Shown: positions 8,060 through 18,735, numbered from the stretch's first letter. The stretch is 62,917 nucleotides of DNA from Minisyncoccota bacterium (GCA_040880645.1 JBBDHZ010000266.1:1-62917); one strand, 5' to 3'. Numbers and translations: made by a program. Notes: generated by a model not told the origin, from the sequence alone.

Positions 8060-9190
8060 ATGAAATACCTCGTATCGCTCCTGCTGCTCACCATCGCTCC
8101 ACAGATCACAGTGGCAGCGGACATCACCCGCATCTGGCTCACCCATAAGTCGAACGATCCCAGCAAGATCGTCGTCAACTGGATGACCGACGAACCCGGC
8201 GATTCAGTCGTTCAGTTCGGCTTGTCCTCCGAATACAGCGAGACGGTGCGGGTCGATGAAGATGTGACGCTGCACCACGTCGAGATCCCACTGGAGCACC
8301 GAGATGCCGTTTACCACTATTCGGTCAGCACCGGCGACCAGCGGTCAGAAGACGCCACGTTCAAGGCTTATCCGACCGATGTGCTTCGTGCGGCTGTTGT
8401 GGCCGACTGGCAGGGCAAGCCCGATCTGTCAGCGATCATGGACGACGATATTCACCTGCTGCTAACAGCAGGCGACAACATCGCCAACTTCTGGCAGAAG
8501 TGCGGCGAAGGCAAAAAGGATTGTGTGAAGCCCTACGCCGATTTGATCGACGCTTACCCGAAGCTCTTCCGCTCCACGCCATTCATGCCCGTATTGGGCA
8601 ACCATGATCGAGAGATCCTGCCTCGTGGAGATGAACCACCTGCTGAGCCCGTTTACGACGTGGATGCAACGGCCTTCCGCCGATTCTTCGAGCTTCCTGG
8701 CGACGAGTGGAAGTGGCACTTTGATCTGCCTAAGTTCGATCTGCGGTTTGTTGGTCTGGATTTCAACCACATCTCAGATTTTGGGACGACGTGGCAAACT
8801 TGTCACGCATTCGACGAAGGCTCGGAGCAGTTCCGTTGGTATGAAAAGCTGATGGAGAAACCGCCCAGCTTTGTGATCACGCTTTACAACGAACGGAACA
8901 GCAATATTCGCAACCGGGCCGGCGGAAAGTGGCACAACCTGTTCCGCAAAGGGACGTGTTGCATTACTGGCTTTGGCTACTTTGCCCAGCGAGCCGAAGT
9001 GGATGGCTTCCCGTATTACAACACTGCTTTGAACGGCAGAGGGGACCAGTACCCCGATCCGCAGTCAAAGTTTCTGGCTGGTGAGGACAGCTATGTTCTG
9101 CTGACGGTCGAGAAAGAGGGGAAGATGGCGGTCGAGACCAAGAGCCTCGATGGCGGGGTGCTGGATCGGCGGGAATATGATGGGCGGTGA
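8060..9190 (+). CDS. secreted metallophosphoesterase (purple-acid-phosphatase-like)
   Basis: Signal peptide present. The N-terminal region resembles a PAP N-domain. Motifs are GDNIANF and VLGNHD. Confidence 0.85.
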   Translation: MKYLVSLLLLTIAPQITVAADITRIWLTHKSNDPSKIVVNWMTDEPGDSVVQFGLSSEYSETVRVDEDVTLHHVEIPLEHRDAVYHYSVSTGDQRSEDATFKAYPTDVLRAAVVADWQGKPDLSAIMDDDIHLLLTAGDNIANFWQKCGEGKKDCVKPYADLIDAYPKLFRSTPFMPVLGNHDREILPRGDEPPAEPVYDVDATAFRRFFELPGDEWKWHFDLPKFDLRFVGLDFNHISDFGTTWQTCHAFDEGSEQFRWYEKLMEKPPSFVITLYNERNSNIRNRAGGKWHNLFRKGTCCITGFGYFAQRAEVDGFPYYNTALNGRGDQYPDPQSKFLAGEDSYVLLTVEKEGKMAVETKSLDGGVLDRREYDGR

Positions 9191-9254
9191 GAACTTTACT
9201 GCGCATCAGGTGTCCCCTCTTGGATAGGCTGATCGTACTTATTCGTGACAGGGC

Positions 9255-10208
9255 GTGAGCTTCAAAGAAGTTCCCATGTCAACTCTAAACGTGGAGAGAC
9301 CGAAGATGAGCGTTCGGGACAGAATCGAAGACAGCCAGCTTTTATTCGACGCAGGACGGCTAGAAGGAGCCCTTGTGTCGGTGCTGCTCGCCGTAGCTTC
9401 AACTGCACGAAAGAGATATCCAAAATCGACCGGAATGAACGATGGAGCGGCATTCGTGAAGTTCCTAGAGGACGAACGGCAGAAGACGCTAGGGGGGAAG
9501 GAAATCCGAATTGAGTTCCGGGGGGAATCCCTGTCCCTGGAACGTCTTCTTTACAAGTTTGTGCGCAACTATCTCGTTCATGAGGCTGAACTGGAGGACC
9601 ACATATCGTTTGACTACGGCGATTTCCTTCTGGACAAAAAAGGTACGACAGATCACTTTACATTTTCGAGCGAGCTTGTAATTCGTCTTTCCTTTGTCGT
9701 CTCTTCCGTTCCTGAAAACGACGGAATGTTTCCTGAGGACAGGTATGAGCGCTTGCCGGAGCCACGTAGCCTGAAGCAAACCGCCATTGTCAAATACCAG
9801 TATGGCGATGAAGCGTTCGAAGTATTTTGCTCGGCCTGCTCTGTTCGAACGGAGTTATGGGAGGAAACTGGCGAGATGGAAACATGGCTGCACTTGAAAG
9901 GACGGCAAGCATTTCGGGAACAGGTGGTCAGCGGGACGGGTACTATCGCACTGTTGGTGCCGACGAAGTACATCACAAGCATCGAGTCTGGCCCTGAGTT
10001 TCAGCGGTCGAAAAAGAGAACCAGCATCGACATTGGATTGTTTGTTCCAGACAAGCAAGCGGCAAAAAATACAATGGGGCTTCTAGCGATTAAGCAAGCA
10101 GTCGCCGTCCGACAAATTCCGGTGGTCGAAACCGTCACCCGGAGTTACCGGCCTCACTACGAAACTGAGAACGATGCGGGCGAACCCCCCGCCGAAGCTC
10201 GCCGTTGA
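9255..10208 (+). CDS. hypothetical protein with HEPN-like Rx4H motif (AbiV-like N-terminus?)
   Basis: FVRNYLVHEAE (R at 9564, H at 9579) is an Rx4H motif following long helices. Alternative starts are 9276, or 9306 with a GGAGAG RBS. Confidence 0.6.
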   Translation: MSFKEVPMSTLNVERPKMSVRDRIEDSQLLFDAGRLEGALVSVLLAVASTARKRYPKSTGMNDGAAFVKFLEDERQKTLGGKEIRIEFRGESLSLERLLYKFVRNYLVHEAELEDHISFDYGDFLLDKKGTTDHFTFSSELVIRLSFVVSSVPENDGMFPEDRYERLPEPRSLKQTAIVKYQYGDEAFEVFCSACSVRTELWEETGEMETWLHLKGRQAFREQVVSGTGTIALLVPTKYITSIESGPEFQRSKKRTSIDIGLFVPDKQAAKNTMGLLAIKQAVAVRQIPVVETVTRSYRPHYETENDAGEPPAEARR

Positions 10209-10493
10209 GCGGTCGTCAAAACACCATCGCTAATCGGAGCCGTTCGATCTCCGACTGTTCGACGGCGATGAGGAAACCAACCCTGAAGAAGTCGAAGACA
10301 TGCGGCAGGACGACATCCGCCAATGCACCCGTGAGCTGTTGTTGGTCGAGCGGGCCAAGGAGTGGTTTTTGGAGGACGAGTGAGTTCTGCTTCCCCAATC
10401 AAGACCAGCCCGCTCCGAACCTGTTAAACTCCGGCACTGTCTCTCTGAACTCGTTCTCGTTCGGAAACGCAGACTCGTCGAAGGTTGGAAGCT

Positions 10494-11942
10494 ATGGAAG
10501 TTCTGCTCGGATTGATTATCGGCGGTGGCGTCATGTTCGTGTACATGACGAGATCATTCGGTCCTGGACTTAGCCCCCGTCACAGCAATCAAGCTTCTCC
10601 GGCAAGCGTGACCTCACTGCTTCAAGCACACTTCCACTACGTTCCGATTCACGAACTTTCCATATCAGAACGAAGATTTCCGTTTCGGATGCGGGCAGAC
10701 CTTCAGGGAACCATCGATAAGCTCATGGGCGAGGAGTTCACGGTCCACCAGTTTTCAGGTGTTCAAAAAGAATATGCTTTCGGCGGCGTCACGATTTCGG
10801 ACTGCATGATCGAAAGCGAGCAGAATCCTGCCGTCTCGGTCCCTCCTGAATACGAAGAACTGGACATTGGAGAAGACCAGCCGTTGCGAGTTCTAAAGGA
10901 GGGCTTGTGGTTGCTGGAATGGAAGGAGCTTCACTTCGCCGTCTTGTTGTCCCCGTGCGGAATGCACGGCGAAATCACCGGAATGCAGATTCAAGTGGCC
11001 ACACCTAATTCTGCCGAAGGAAGGCAGGTTACGGAGATGTTCTTCAGCAAGCTGGAAGAAGCGGTCTCGAAGGCACAATCGTATCGAGGAAAAATCCTCT
11101 CCTTGGAGCAAACTGAGCACTCCTTTTCGGGACAATCAACAGGCATCACAGTCCACAAGCTGCGACAAGTCGAGAGAGAACAAGTCATCCTTCCCGAGCC
11201 GACGCTTGCCTTGCTGGAGCGAAATGTCGTTCAGTTCGTGAAGCAGCGCCCACGTTTGCGGCAGATCGGAATGTCCACAAAGAAGGGGTTGCTCTTTTAC
11301 GGTCCTCCCGGAACCGGAAAGACACACACGATCCACTTTCTCGCAAAGGCACTGGAAGGCCACACGACGCTGCTGATTTCTGCCGAACAGGTGGGGCTGC
11401 TAAGCGAATACATGACGCTCGCCCGCTTGCTGCAACCGAGCATCGTCGTGATGGAGGACGTTGATTTGATCGCCAGAGAACGGTCGCAGATGGATAGTCC
11501 GTGCGAAGAAGTGCTCCTGAACAAGCTGCTGAACGAAATGGACGGGCTGAAGGAAGAAGCCGATATCCTATTCATCCTGACCACGAACCGACCCGAAGCA
11601 CTCGAAGCAGCCTTGGCATCACGACCAGGACGTGTTGATCAAGCGATTGAGTTTCCTTTGCCTGACGAGGACGGTCGCAGGAAACTGGTTTCCCTTTACG
11701 CACCCAACATCATTTTGGACGACGGTGTCACCGCTGAGATCGTGAAAAGAACCGATGGGGTGAGTGCGTCGTTTATTAAAGAACTGATGCGGCGGATTGC
11801 CCAATTCTCCATCGAACGCAACGGCGACGAGCAGATCACACATCAAGACGTGGATGGAGCGCTGGATGAGATGTTGTTCAAAGGCGGGTCTCTGAACCTG
11901 AGCATTTTGGGTGCTAGCGAACGGGTGGCAGACGGTGGTTGA
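10494..11942 (+). CDS. classical AAA-family ATPase with N-terminal TM segment
   Basis: Walker A GLLFYGPPGTGKTH and Walker B IVVMEDVDLI. The second region of homology is ILTTNRPEALEAALASRPGRVD. The N-terminus LLGLIIGGGVMFVY is hydrophobic. Confidence 0.9.
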   Translation: MEVLLGLIIGGGVMFVYMTRSFGPGLSPRHSNQASPASVTSLLQAHFHYVPIHELSISERRFPFRMRADLQGTIDKLMGEEFTVHQFSGVQKEYAFGGVTISDCMIESEQNPAVSVPPEYEELDIGEDQPLRVLKEGLWLLEWKELHFAVLLSPCGMHGEITGMQIQVATPNSAEGRQVTEMFFSKLEEAVSKAQSYRGKILSLEQTEHSFSGQSTGITVHKLRQVEREQVILPEPTLALLERNVVQFVKQRPRLRQIGMSTKKGLLFYGPPGTGKTHTIHFLAKALEGHTTLLISAEQVGLLSEYMTLARLLQPSIVVMEDVDLIARERSQMDSPCEEVLLNKLLNEMDGLKEEADILFILTTNRPEALEAALASRPGRVDQAIEFPLPDEDGRRKLVSLYAPNIILDDGVTAEIVKRTDGVSASFIKELMRRIAQFSIERNGDEQITHQDVDGALDEMLFKGGSLNLSILGASERVADGG

Positions 11943-13582
11943 GCAACAGCGGTAACGGAAACACGATGTGGAAACTTTCTGATGAATCGGTGGAGGCGAT
12001 CCGGCAACTATACGAGTTGGAGCGGCCACGCTTTTGGTTTGGACGTGCAAAACGAGAGGAAGGAATCTGCGATCTGTTGAACGCCCTTGCCGAGAAAGGC
12101 GAGCCCGAGATTTTGCCCGTAGTTGCACGGCTGGTGACTGATCCAAGCAGTCGAGTTCGCCGATCCGCTAGACATCTGGTCACGAGTCTACTTGCGACCC
12201 TCTCGCCCTATGACCTGATTCAGCTCGACGATTTGTCCAGTTGGTCCTATCCTGCTGATGCATGGGACAAGGTCAAGCCCTCCGATGTCGCTGATGTTGC
12301 CGGAGAAGCTCATGGTTCTAGCCATTCATCGGTGCTTGGGGTACTGAGCTTTCACAGAAATGGCTTCGTGCGTCAGGAGGCGGTTCGCCATCTCACTGAG
12401 GTCCAGGATGGTAGCGAACTGCCGTTCTTGCTGATCCGGCAGAACGATTGGGTGGTCCAGATCGCTGAAGATGCTCAAACAGCAGTCAAGAACAGGATTA
12501 ACGACACCTATTTGCCCCATCTCGTCAGATCCTTGCGTCTTGTTCTCCATCTCAATACGTTCAGCAGATACGATCACAGCAGCATTGTTGACGGGACAAT
12601 CGACATTCTGCTCGACGAGAAGTTCCGTGACGCACTGCGAAGTGTGGTGGAGTCATCGGAGCGTGAGGTTCGCCGCCGTGTTGTAGGCTACGGGCTGGAA
12701 AAGTCAGGCGAACACCGAATTCGGCTCGTTTCTGTCGGGCTTGAATCCGACGATCCCATTGTTCGGCTTTCTTGTTGCCGTGCCGTCCCGTTGATTTACA
12801 ACAACAACCGCTTGGCAGCCGTACTGGCCCGGCTGAAGGAAGATCGCTTCATGCCGGTGCGGAGGGAGGCCCTTCAGATCGAAGCTGGCCAATTTCCAAC
12901 TACTGCAAGAGAAACGTGGCAACAAGCCCTTCTCGATTTGAGCCGATCCATCCGAGAGCTTGCTCGTTTTCATCTGACGAAAATCGGTTATACCGACTTT
13001 GCCGCTTTTTACCGACGTGCAATTGCCGACTCCCGTGAGTCTCGTTCCGCAATTGAAGGTCTGGCAGAAACTGGCGATTCGTCCGACATCGGATTTTTTC
13101 AGCGGCTTCTGGAGCATCCGCTTCCAAGTCGCCGATGTGCTGCAATTCGAGGACTCAGCCGTGTACAGCGTGAAGCAGCGGTTGCCGACGCATTGCCCTT
13201 GCTGAATGACGACAGCCCGAGCGTGGTTCGGGAGGTGCGGCACGCAGTTGGTCCACATCTGCACCTGCTGGCCGGTGAAAACATACTTGCAGTCGCTTTG
13301 GACGCCGGTAGTTTGTTCGCACGAAAGAATGCGGTTGCTCTTCTTGCCGATTTTGGCAAGTGGCAGAGCCTGCCTTGGTTGCTTCGGGCGGCGACCAAAG
13401 CCGAAAAAGAGACTTCAGCCTTTGCCGAGCAGATGATCGAGCGACTGAGCGACAATCGAGTGTTCACGAAACCAACCGAACAACAAGCACAGGATATCGA
13501 AGCGGCACTTTCGGAGGCGAAGGGGCGTGTGTCACCGAAAGTCATCGTCCTCGTTGAAGATGAACTGGTTCGGTTCGGCTAG
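11939..13582 (+). CDS. HEAT-repeat protein
   Basis: Repeated D/S-x-x-x-VR-x-x-A units (SRVRRSARHL, GFVRQEAVRHL, PIVRLSCCRAV, MPVRREALQI, PSVVREVRHAV). The start overlaps the AAA gene stop. An alternative ATG is at 11966. Confidence 0.8.
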   Translation: MSNSGNGNTMWKLSDESVEAIRQLYELERPRFWFGRAKREEGICDLLNALAEKGEPEILPVVARLVTDPSSRVRRSARHLVTSLLATLSPYDLIQLDDLSSWSYPADAWDKVKPSDVADVAGEAHGSSHSSVLGVLSFHRNGFVRQEAVRHLTEVQDGSELPFLLIRQNDWVVQIAEDAQTAVKNRINDTYLPHLVRSLRLVLHLNTFSRYDHSSIVDGTIDILLDEKFRDALRSVVESSEREVRRRVVGYGLEKSGEHRIRLVSVGLESDDPIVRLSCCRAVPLIYNNNRLAAVLARLKEDRFMPVRREALQIEAGQFPTTARETWQQALLDLSRSIRELARFHLTKIGYTDFAAFYRRAIADSRESRSAIEGLAETGDSSDIGFFQRLLEHPLPSRRCAAIRGLSRVQREAAVADALPLLNDDSPSVVREVRHAVGPHLHLLAGENILAVALDAGSLFARKNAVALLADFGKWQSLPWLLRAATKAEKETSAFAEQMIERLSDNRVFTKPTEQQAQDIEAALSEAKGRVSPKVIVLVEDELVRFG

Positions 13583-13688
13583 TTTCTTCGGTTTCAAGGA
13601 CTGCCAAGAATGCCGGTTGCTCTCAATTATTTTCAAACGATGGCATCGTTCGTAACGATGTCCAACATTCTCTCGTAGGTGGGATTCA

Positions 13689-14195
13689 ATGCCTGACAAA
13701 GACCTCAGAAGCCATTTACTGCAAGCAGCGACACTTACGCAAAACCGGACATTTAACCGCCGTGAGCTGGAATGGAAGCTGTCTTTTTCACTGTGGACGG
13801 GGATCATTTTGTTTTCGGCTGCATTCTTCACGGAGGAAGCTGCGAATTTTTTCGATGAAGACAATGGAAGCGATGGGCAGAAGGCAGCAATAATTCTTCA
13901 GTTCCTTTCCCGTGTGTACCCAGTCGTCTTTTCGGTGGCGGCAGTTGTACAGGTGCTTGTTCAATGCGCCCATTACCGTGACAGTAAAAGATATTTTCGC
14001 TACATGGAAAAGGCCTTCCCCCGGCTCTCCAATGTTGCAACGAACATGGGCCATGAAAGCTGTTGCTGGAAGGACATTTGGAAGGTGTGGAAATGCAAGG
14101 TGTGGAACAATATCGCCTGGGGGGCAGCACACGTAGGCATCACAGCATTCTTGCTGTGGGGTTCGTGCAAGGCGATCACTATCGCAATTGGATAA
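13689..14195 (+). CDS. predicted multi-pass membrane protein
   Basis: Hydrophobic segments LSFSLWTGIILFSAAFF, VYPVVFSVAAVVQVLV and AAHVGITAFLLWG. It follows the HEAT gene on the same strand. Confidence 0.55.
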   Translation: MPDKDLRSHLLQAATLTQNRTFNRRELEWKLSFSLWTGIILFSAAFFTEEAANFFDEDNGSDGQKAAIILQFLSRVYPVVFSVAAVVQVLVQCAHYRDSKRYFRYMEKAFPRLSNVATNMGHESCCWKDIWKVWKCKVWNNIAWGAAHVGITAFLLWGSCKAITIAIG

Positions 14196-14337
14196 TGAGC
14201 TGATTTGCTGCCGAAGCATCTCAGGATGCTGAAGCACGCATGAACGTCCGTCAATTGCCCGCAAGCCGCTGAAGTCGCCGCCTGATTAGCCGTTGGTTTC
14301 AAGTTTCCGTCGGAAAAAGGGGCCAAAGGAAAACTTC

Positions 14338-14688
14338 TTATTGCCACGTCACGGTTGTCCCGCCAACCTCTTTGCACGCCTCAAGAGAATTCCCAGTCAA
14401 CCACGTTCTTGCGATATCGGACAATAACGGAAGGTCTTGCGACGATGCGTGAGCAACCGAGTTGTCCCATTGAGTATCGTCACGCCAATCTTCGAGATCG
14501 AGAACGCTCTCACCCGACAGAGCAGTGTCGACCCAAACGTGGCGCTCAGGGTGCGATGCACTTCGAAATGAAAGCGTGGAAACCCCTGGATCGGCACGAC
14601 TCGTTTCGACTGCTCCCTTCGAGCCCGCTAGGCATTTGCGAAAGCGTTCGGTTGCTGCATCCTTCTTGGTTGGCACTGGGTTCCTCAT
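14338..14688 (-). CDS. hypothetical protein
   Basis: 116-aa ORF with no recognisable motif. Confidence 0.4.
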   Translation of the reverse strand: MRNPVPTKKDAATERFRKCLAGSKGAVETSRADPGVSTLSFRSASHPERHVWVDTALSGESVLDLEDWRDDTQWDNSVAHASSQDLPLLSDIARTWLTGNSLEACKEVGGTTVTWQ

Positions 14689-15166
14689 TTAACAAACTTG
14701 TCGGTGCATCGAGATTCAGCTTCCGCATACTGACGCCGCCCATTTTACCGTAATGCTGGCTCAACGATCAACGCAAACCTTGACTGATCGCTGGAGCAAA
14801 CGGACCAGATGATTCGTCGCCTTTCCCAGAGACTCAACGCTAAGATCAAGATTAGCAGGCTCGACTAATTGCCGCTCAACGAGAACGCCACCGTCAGCTT
14901 CGCCAAGGGACTGAGCCGTTCCGCAACAGGATCGATGAATGAGCCGGTCGCCGAGGCCAAACTGTGGCTCGTCGAGGAGGATCTGTCACCACACGACGTC
15001 GGCTTAAAAGTGAACGATGTTCTGCTGTCTGCGCTGAGTGACGAGCGTGCTCGTAAATACCGGACACCGAACGATGCTTTCAAGCAGTTGGCGGATCGAG
15101 CCACACCGACTGCGGCGGATGATACAGTTACCGTTTGGGGGACAATCAAATTTGGAGAGCCGATCT

Positions 15167-15541
15167 ATGTCGGAGAACCCGTACAAACCAACGGTAGGCG
15201 GTAATCGTTCGTCACCTAGCCGAATGCGTCTCCCACCCGCCGTTATCGGTGTGATTGTCGCAGAGGGGGTTTGGGGTCTGGCGTGGCTCGCCCTGATTGT
15301 GCAGTGGCTCACAGATATGACTCTTCCCGACGTGTTCGAAATCGCCTGCATGATGATAGCTAACCCTATTGCAGTCGGGGGCTGGGCGTTAATTTGGGGA
15401 GACAACGGGCCACCTTACCAGTGGCTCGAAAGCACTCTCGTCAATCTGGTTGCGACTTTTCTGCTGTGGGGGCTGGTCGGGTTCCTGATTGGTTCGGGGG
15501 TGGCGAAATTAGGGAACGGCAGACGGCAGCACCAAGAATGA
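15167..15541 (+). CDS. small membrane protein
   Basis: ATG at 15167 after GGAGAG. There are three hydrophobic segments. The stop overlaps the UvdE ATG (ATGA at 15538-15541). Confidence 0.5.
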   Translation: MSENPYKPTVGGNRSSPSRMRLPPAVIGVIVAEGVWGLAWLALIVQWLTDMTLPDVFEIACMMIANPIAVGGWALIWGDNGPPYQWLESTLVNLVATFLLWGLVGFLIGSGVAKLGNGRRQHQE

Positions 15542-16674
15542 CAAACATCCGCCTCGGCCTTTGCTGCATCTTTCTGGAACAACCGATCAAGTTCCGAAAC
15601 ACGACCGTCAAGGTAATCAGTGGCATGGCTCGAAATGCAGCTCTCACCAAGCTGTCGGGGCTCTGCCTGGCCAATGCGGAGGCGTTGCAGGCAGCACTGC
15701 AATTCTGTGCCGACAACGAAATCGGCTGCTTCCGCATCAACAGTCAAATCCTGCCGGTGAAAACGCACGTCGAATGCGGCTACGACGTGTCCGGTCTTCC
15801 TGAAGGTGAAGAGATCATGCGACGGTTCAAAGCGTGTGGTCAATTCGCCCGAGATCACGACATCCGAACGTCCTTTCATCCCGACCAGTTTGTCGTGCTG
15901 AACTCGCCTCGCCCTGATGTGGTGGACCGATCCGTCGAGGAACTGGAATATCAGTCGCTGGTCGCTGAATGGGTTGGGGCGGATGTTGTGAACATCCACG
16001 GAGGTGGGGCTTACGGGAACAAGACAGATGCTCTGTCCCGTCTGGCTCGGAACCTCAACCGCCTTTCTGACCGTGCGAGAAGCCGATTGACTCTCGAAAA
16101 CGACGATACGACTTACATGCCGTCCGACCTGCTGCCACTGTGTCGATCAGAGGGTGTTCCGCTTGTCTACGACGTTCATCATCACCGCTGCAATCAGGAC
16201 GAACTTTCAGTTGAAGAGGCGACAGCCGAGGCAATTGCCACTTGGGATCGGGAACCGATGTTCCACATTTCCAGTCCGGTTGAAGGCTGGCAAGGGCCCA
16301 ATCCGAAACGCCACCACGACTTCATCGACGTGCGGGACTTTCCTGAATGCTGGGACGAGCTGACACTGACCGTCGAAGTCGAAGCCAAGGCTAAAGAAGT
16401 CGCTGTCCTGAAGCTGATGAAGCAACTGAGCGAACGGTGGTTCGTTTACGTCCTGCGGTGTTCCGATGGCTCGCTCTACACCGGCATCGCCAAGGATGTG
16501 GAACGGCGACTGGAACAGCACAACGCAGGAACCGCTTCACGTTACACCCGCAGTCGATTGCCAGTCACTTTGGTCTACTGGGAAGAGCAGCGCCACCAGA
16601 GCAAGGCGTTGAAGCGAGAGTTGGCGATTAAAGCTCTGTCACGGAAAGGGAAGGAGGGGCTGATTGGGAAGTGA
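15538..16674 (+). CDS. uvdE: UV-damage endonuclease UvdE fused to a C-terminal GIY-YIG nuclease domain
   Basis: UvdE motifs are RLGLCCIF, FRINSQILP, HPDQFVVLNSP, NIHGGGAYGNK, LTLENDD and YDVHHH. The C-terminus WFVYVLRCSDGSLYTGIAKDVERRLEQHN...RYT is of the GIY-YIG (YhbQ-like) type. Confidence 0.9.
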   Translation: MTNIRLGLCCIFLEQPIKFRNTTVKVISGMARNAALTKLSGLCLANAEALQAALQFCADNEIGCFRINSQILPVKTHVECGYDVSGLPEGEEIMRRFKACGQFARDHDIRTSFHPDQFVVLNSPRPDVVDRSVEELEYQSLVAEWVGADVVNIHGGGAYGNKTDALSRLARNLNRLSDRARSRLTLENDDTTYMPSDLLPLCRSEGVPLVYDVHHHRCNQDELSVEEATAEAIATWDREPMFHISSPVEGWQGPNPKRHHDFIDVRDFPECWDELTLTVEVEAKAKEVAVLKLMKQLSERWFVYVLRCSDGSLYTGIAKDVERRLEQHNAGTASRYTRSRLPVTLVYWEEQRHQSKALKRELAIKALSRKGKEGLIGK

Positions 16675-16885
16675 AGGAAACGTGCTGAAAGCGAGGATCG
16701 CCACCGTCGTCGGTTTCTCAATCAAGCCGGGGTCCCGGTCTGAATGCTTTGCGTCCTCCGTTTGCACGTCAGGATGACAAGGAAAGCAGCAATCGGGAGA
16801 ACGGCATGAGGATTGCCGCCATCGGTGCGTGCAGTATTGACGGGGACCCATTGTTTTTGAGGCAGGTGACGCAGCGAGGCTTTTC

Positions 16886-17992
16886 ATGTTGATGATTTTG
16901 ACACTGGTTCTGGGACTCGTCGTTTTGACAGCGGGAGCGGAACTACTGGTTCGCAGTTCCTCCAAGCTAGCGGCGGCGGTCGGAATCTCTCCCTTGGTCG
17001 TGGGACTGACGGTCGTGGCGTTTGGGACCAGTGCGCCCGAACTCGTTGTCAGCGTCCAATCGACGCTGACCGGCCAGTCCGATGTTGCCCTCGGCAACGT
17101 CGTCGGCAGCAATATCTTCAATGTGCTGTTCATCCTCGGCGTCTCTGCAATGATCGTCCCGCTTCGGGTGTCGCAGCAGCTAATTCGTTTTGACGTGCCG
17201 TTGATGGTGGTCATCTCATTCGTGGTCCTGCTCCTTGCCTACGACGGACAGATTGGAAGACTCGATGGCGTGTTATTCACGGCAGGGCTGGTGTTTTACA
17301 CGCTGTGGGCGGTCGTGAAGAGTCGGAGGGAGCAGGCAGGCATCAAGGCAGAATATGAAGCTGAATTTGGAATCGGAGAGAAGGGTTCGACCCGCCGCCG
17401 AACTCTGTTGAACAGTTTCCTGCTGGTTGTCGGCCTGCTGTTGCTCGTTCTCGGCTCACGTTGGTTCGTTGACTCGGCGGTTGTCATTGCACGCCAATTC
17501 GGCGTCACCGAACTCGTTATCGGGCTGACAATCGTGGCAGCGGGAACGTCGCTACCCGAGGTGGCCACCTCCATCATGGCCGCAATTCGAGGGGAACGAG
17601 ACATCGCCGTAGGCAACGTCGTCGGCAGCAATATATTCAACATCATGGGGGTGCTGGGAATTTCGAGTCTCGTCTCCGCAGAAGGGGTGGCGGTCTCTGA
17701 GGCGGCATTCGGTCTCGATATTCCGGTGATGATTGCCGTCGCCGTCGCTTGTCTTCCGATCTTCTTTACCGGACATCTGATCGCCCGATGGGAAGGCGTT
17801 TTATTCCTGATCTACTACTGCGCCTACACGGGATTTATGGTGGTTGCGGCGACCGTCCCGCCGTTGACACGAAATTTTGCAGCGGTGATGCTCGGCTTTG
17901 TCGTCCCTCTGACAGCCATCACACTTGTTATCGGCACGGTACGTGCGTTCCGCAGTGGCAATGCTTCTGATGGGGATGCACGCCACGCCTGA
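16886..17992 (+). CDS. Ca2+/cation antiporter (CaCA family, YrbG-like)
   Basis: Two alpha-repeats, GTSAPELVVS..GNVVGSNIFN and GTSLPEVATS..GNVVGSNIFN. The protein is multi-pass hydrophobic. Confidence 0.9.
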   Translation: MLMILTLVLGLVVLTAGAELLVRSSSKLAAAVGISPLVVGLTVVAFGTSAPELVVSVQSTLTGQSDVALGNVVGSNIFNVLFILGVSAMIVPLRVSQQLIRFDVPLMVVISFVVLLLAYDGQIGRLDGVLFTAGLVFYTLWAVVKSRREQAGIKAEYEAEFGIGEKGSTRRRTLLNSFLLVVGLLLLVLGSRWFVDSAVVIARQFGVTELVIGLTIVAAGTSLPEVATSIMAAIRGERDIAVGNVVGSNIFNIMGVLGISSLVSAEGVAVSEAAFGLDIPVMIAVAVACLPIFFTGHLIARWEGVLFLIYYCAYTGFMVVAATVPPLTRNFAAVMLGFVVPLTAITLVIGTVRAFRSGNASDGDARHA

Positions 17993-18069
17993 ACAGATCG
18001 TGGATGCGTTGGCAGGCCACTGCGTGGAATTCTTGAACCAGGTCAAAGCACAGGCAAGCCGCTTTGCCG

Positions 18070-18684
18070 TCACTTTGTCCCCACGCCCCGATACAGATAC
18101 CCGTGCGTCTTCGGCGTTTTTTCTAGATAAAACTCATCGAGTTCCGCTGACCCAAACGGTTGCTGCTCCAGAAGTTGTCGGAGATTCCGATCCAGATGGC
18201 AATTGTCGGCAAGTCGCTGCTGGAGCCAGTTCAACCGTCGCTGCCACTTCTGAACGCTTGGTTCTGGACTGAGGCCGTGCTCCAGAGTAAGGAATCGACC
18301 ATCAGGCTTCAGGACACGGAAGATCTCCCCGAGCGCACTGGACACGTTCTCGATGCTGCAAAGCGTGAACGTGCTGACGACACAATCGAATCTGTCGTCA
18401 TCGAACGGCAATTCTTCAGTTTTGAGGAGTCGCTTATCCACCTCGATGCCAGCTTCTTGAGCCCGCATCTGCGCCCTGCAATGCATTCCAGGGTTGGGGT
18501 CAACAGCGGTTATCCTGCGGACTTCCTTCGGGTAGCAGGGTAGATTCAACCCGGTGCCAATGCCGATTTCCAAAACTTCACCGCTTGCATTCGATAGCAG
18601 TTCGCTCCGATGCTTGGCAACGAATGGCTGATCCAGCGAAAAGTCACAGAGCCGAGGAAAGATCAGTCGAGAATAGAGGCTCAC
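18070..18684 (-). CDS. class I SAM-dependent methyltransferase
   Basis: Motif I VLEIGIGTGLNL, then DCVVSTFTLCS and LKPDGRFLTLEH. Confidence 0.85.
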   Translation of the reverse strand: MSLYSRLIFPRLCDFSLDQPFVAKHRSELLSNASGEVLEIGIGTGLNLPCYPKEVRRITAVDPNPGMHCRAQMRAQEAGIEVDKRLLKTEELPFDDDRFDCVVSTFTLCSIENVSSALGEIFRVLKPDGRFLTLEHGLSPEPSVQKWQRRLNWLQQRLADNCHLDRNLRQLLEQQPFGSAELDEFYLEKTPKTHGYLYRGVGTK

Positions 18685-18735
18685 TGGGTTGTCTTTTGGT
18701 TTCTGTGTGAGGTGATGTCCAGCCAGTGACGAAGT

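Noticed and set aside
16639-17214. 191-aa minus-strand ORF
   Set aside because: It is antisense to the CaCA antiporter and the UvdE 3' end. The composition is Ser/Thr/Pro-rich, typical of a shadow ORF.
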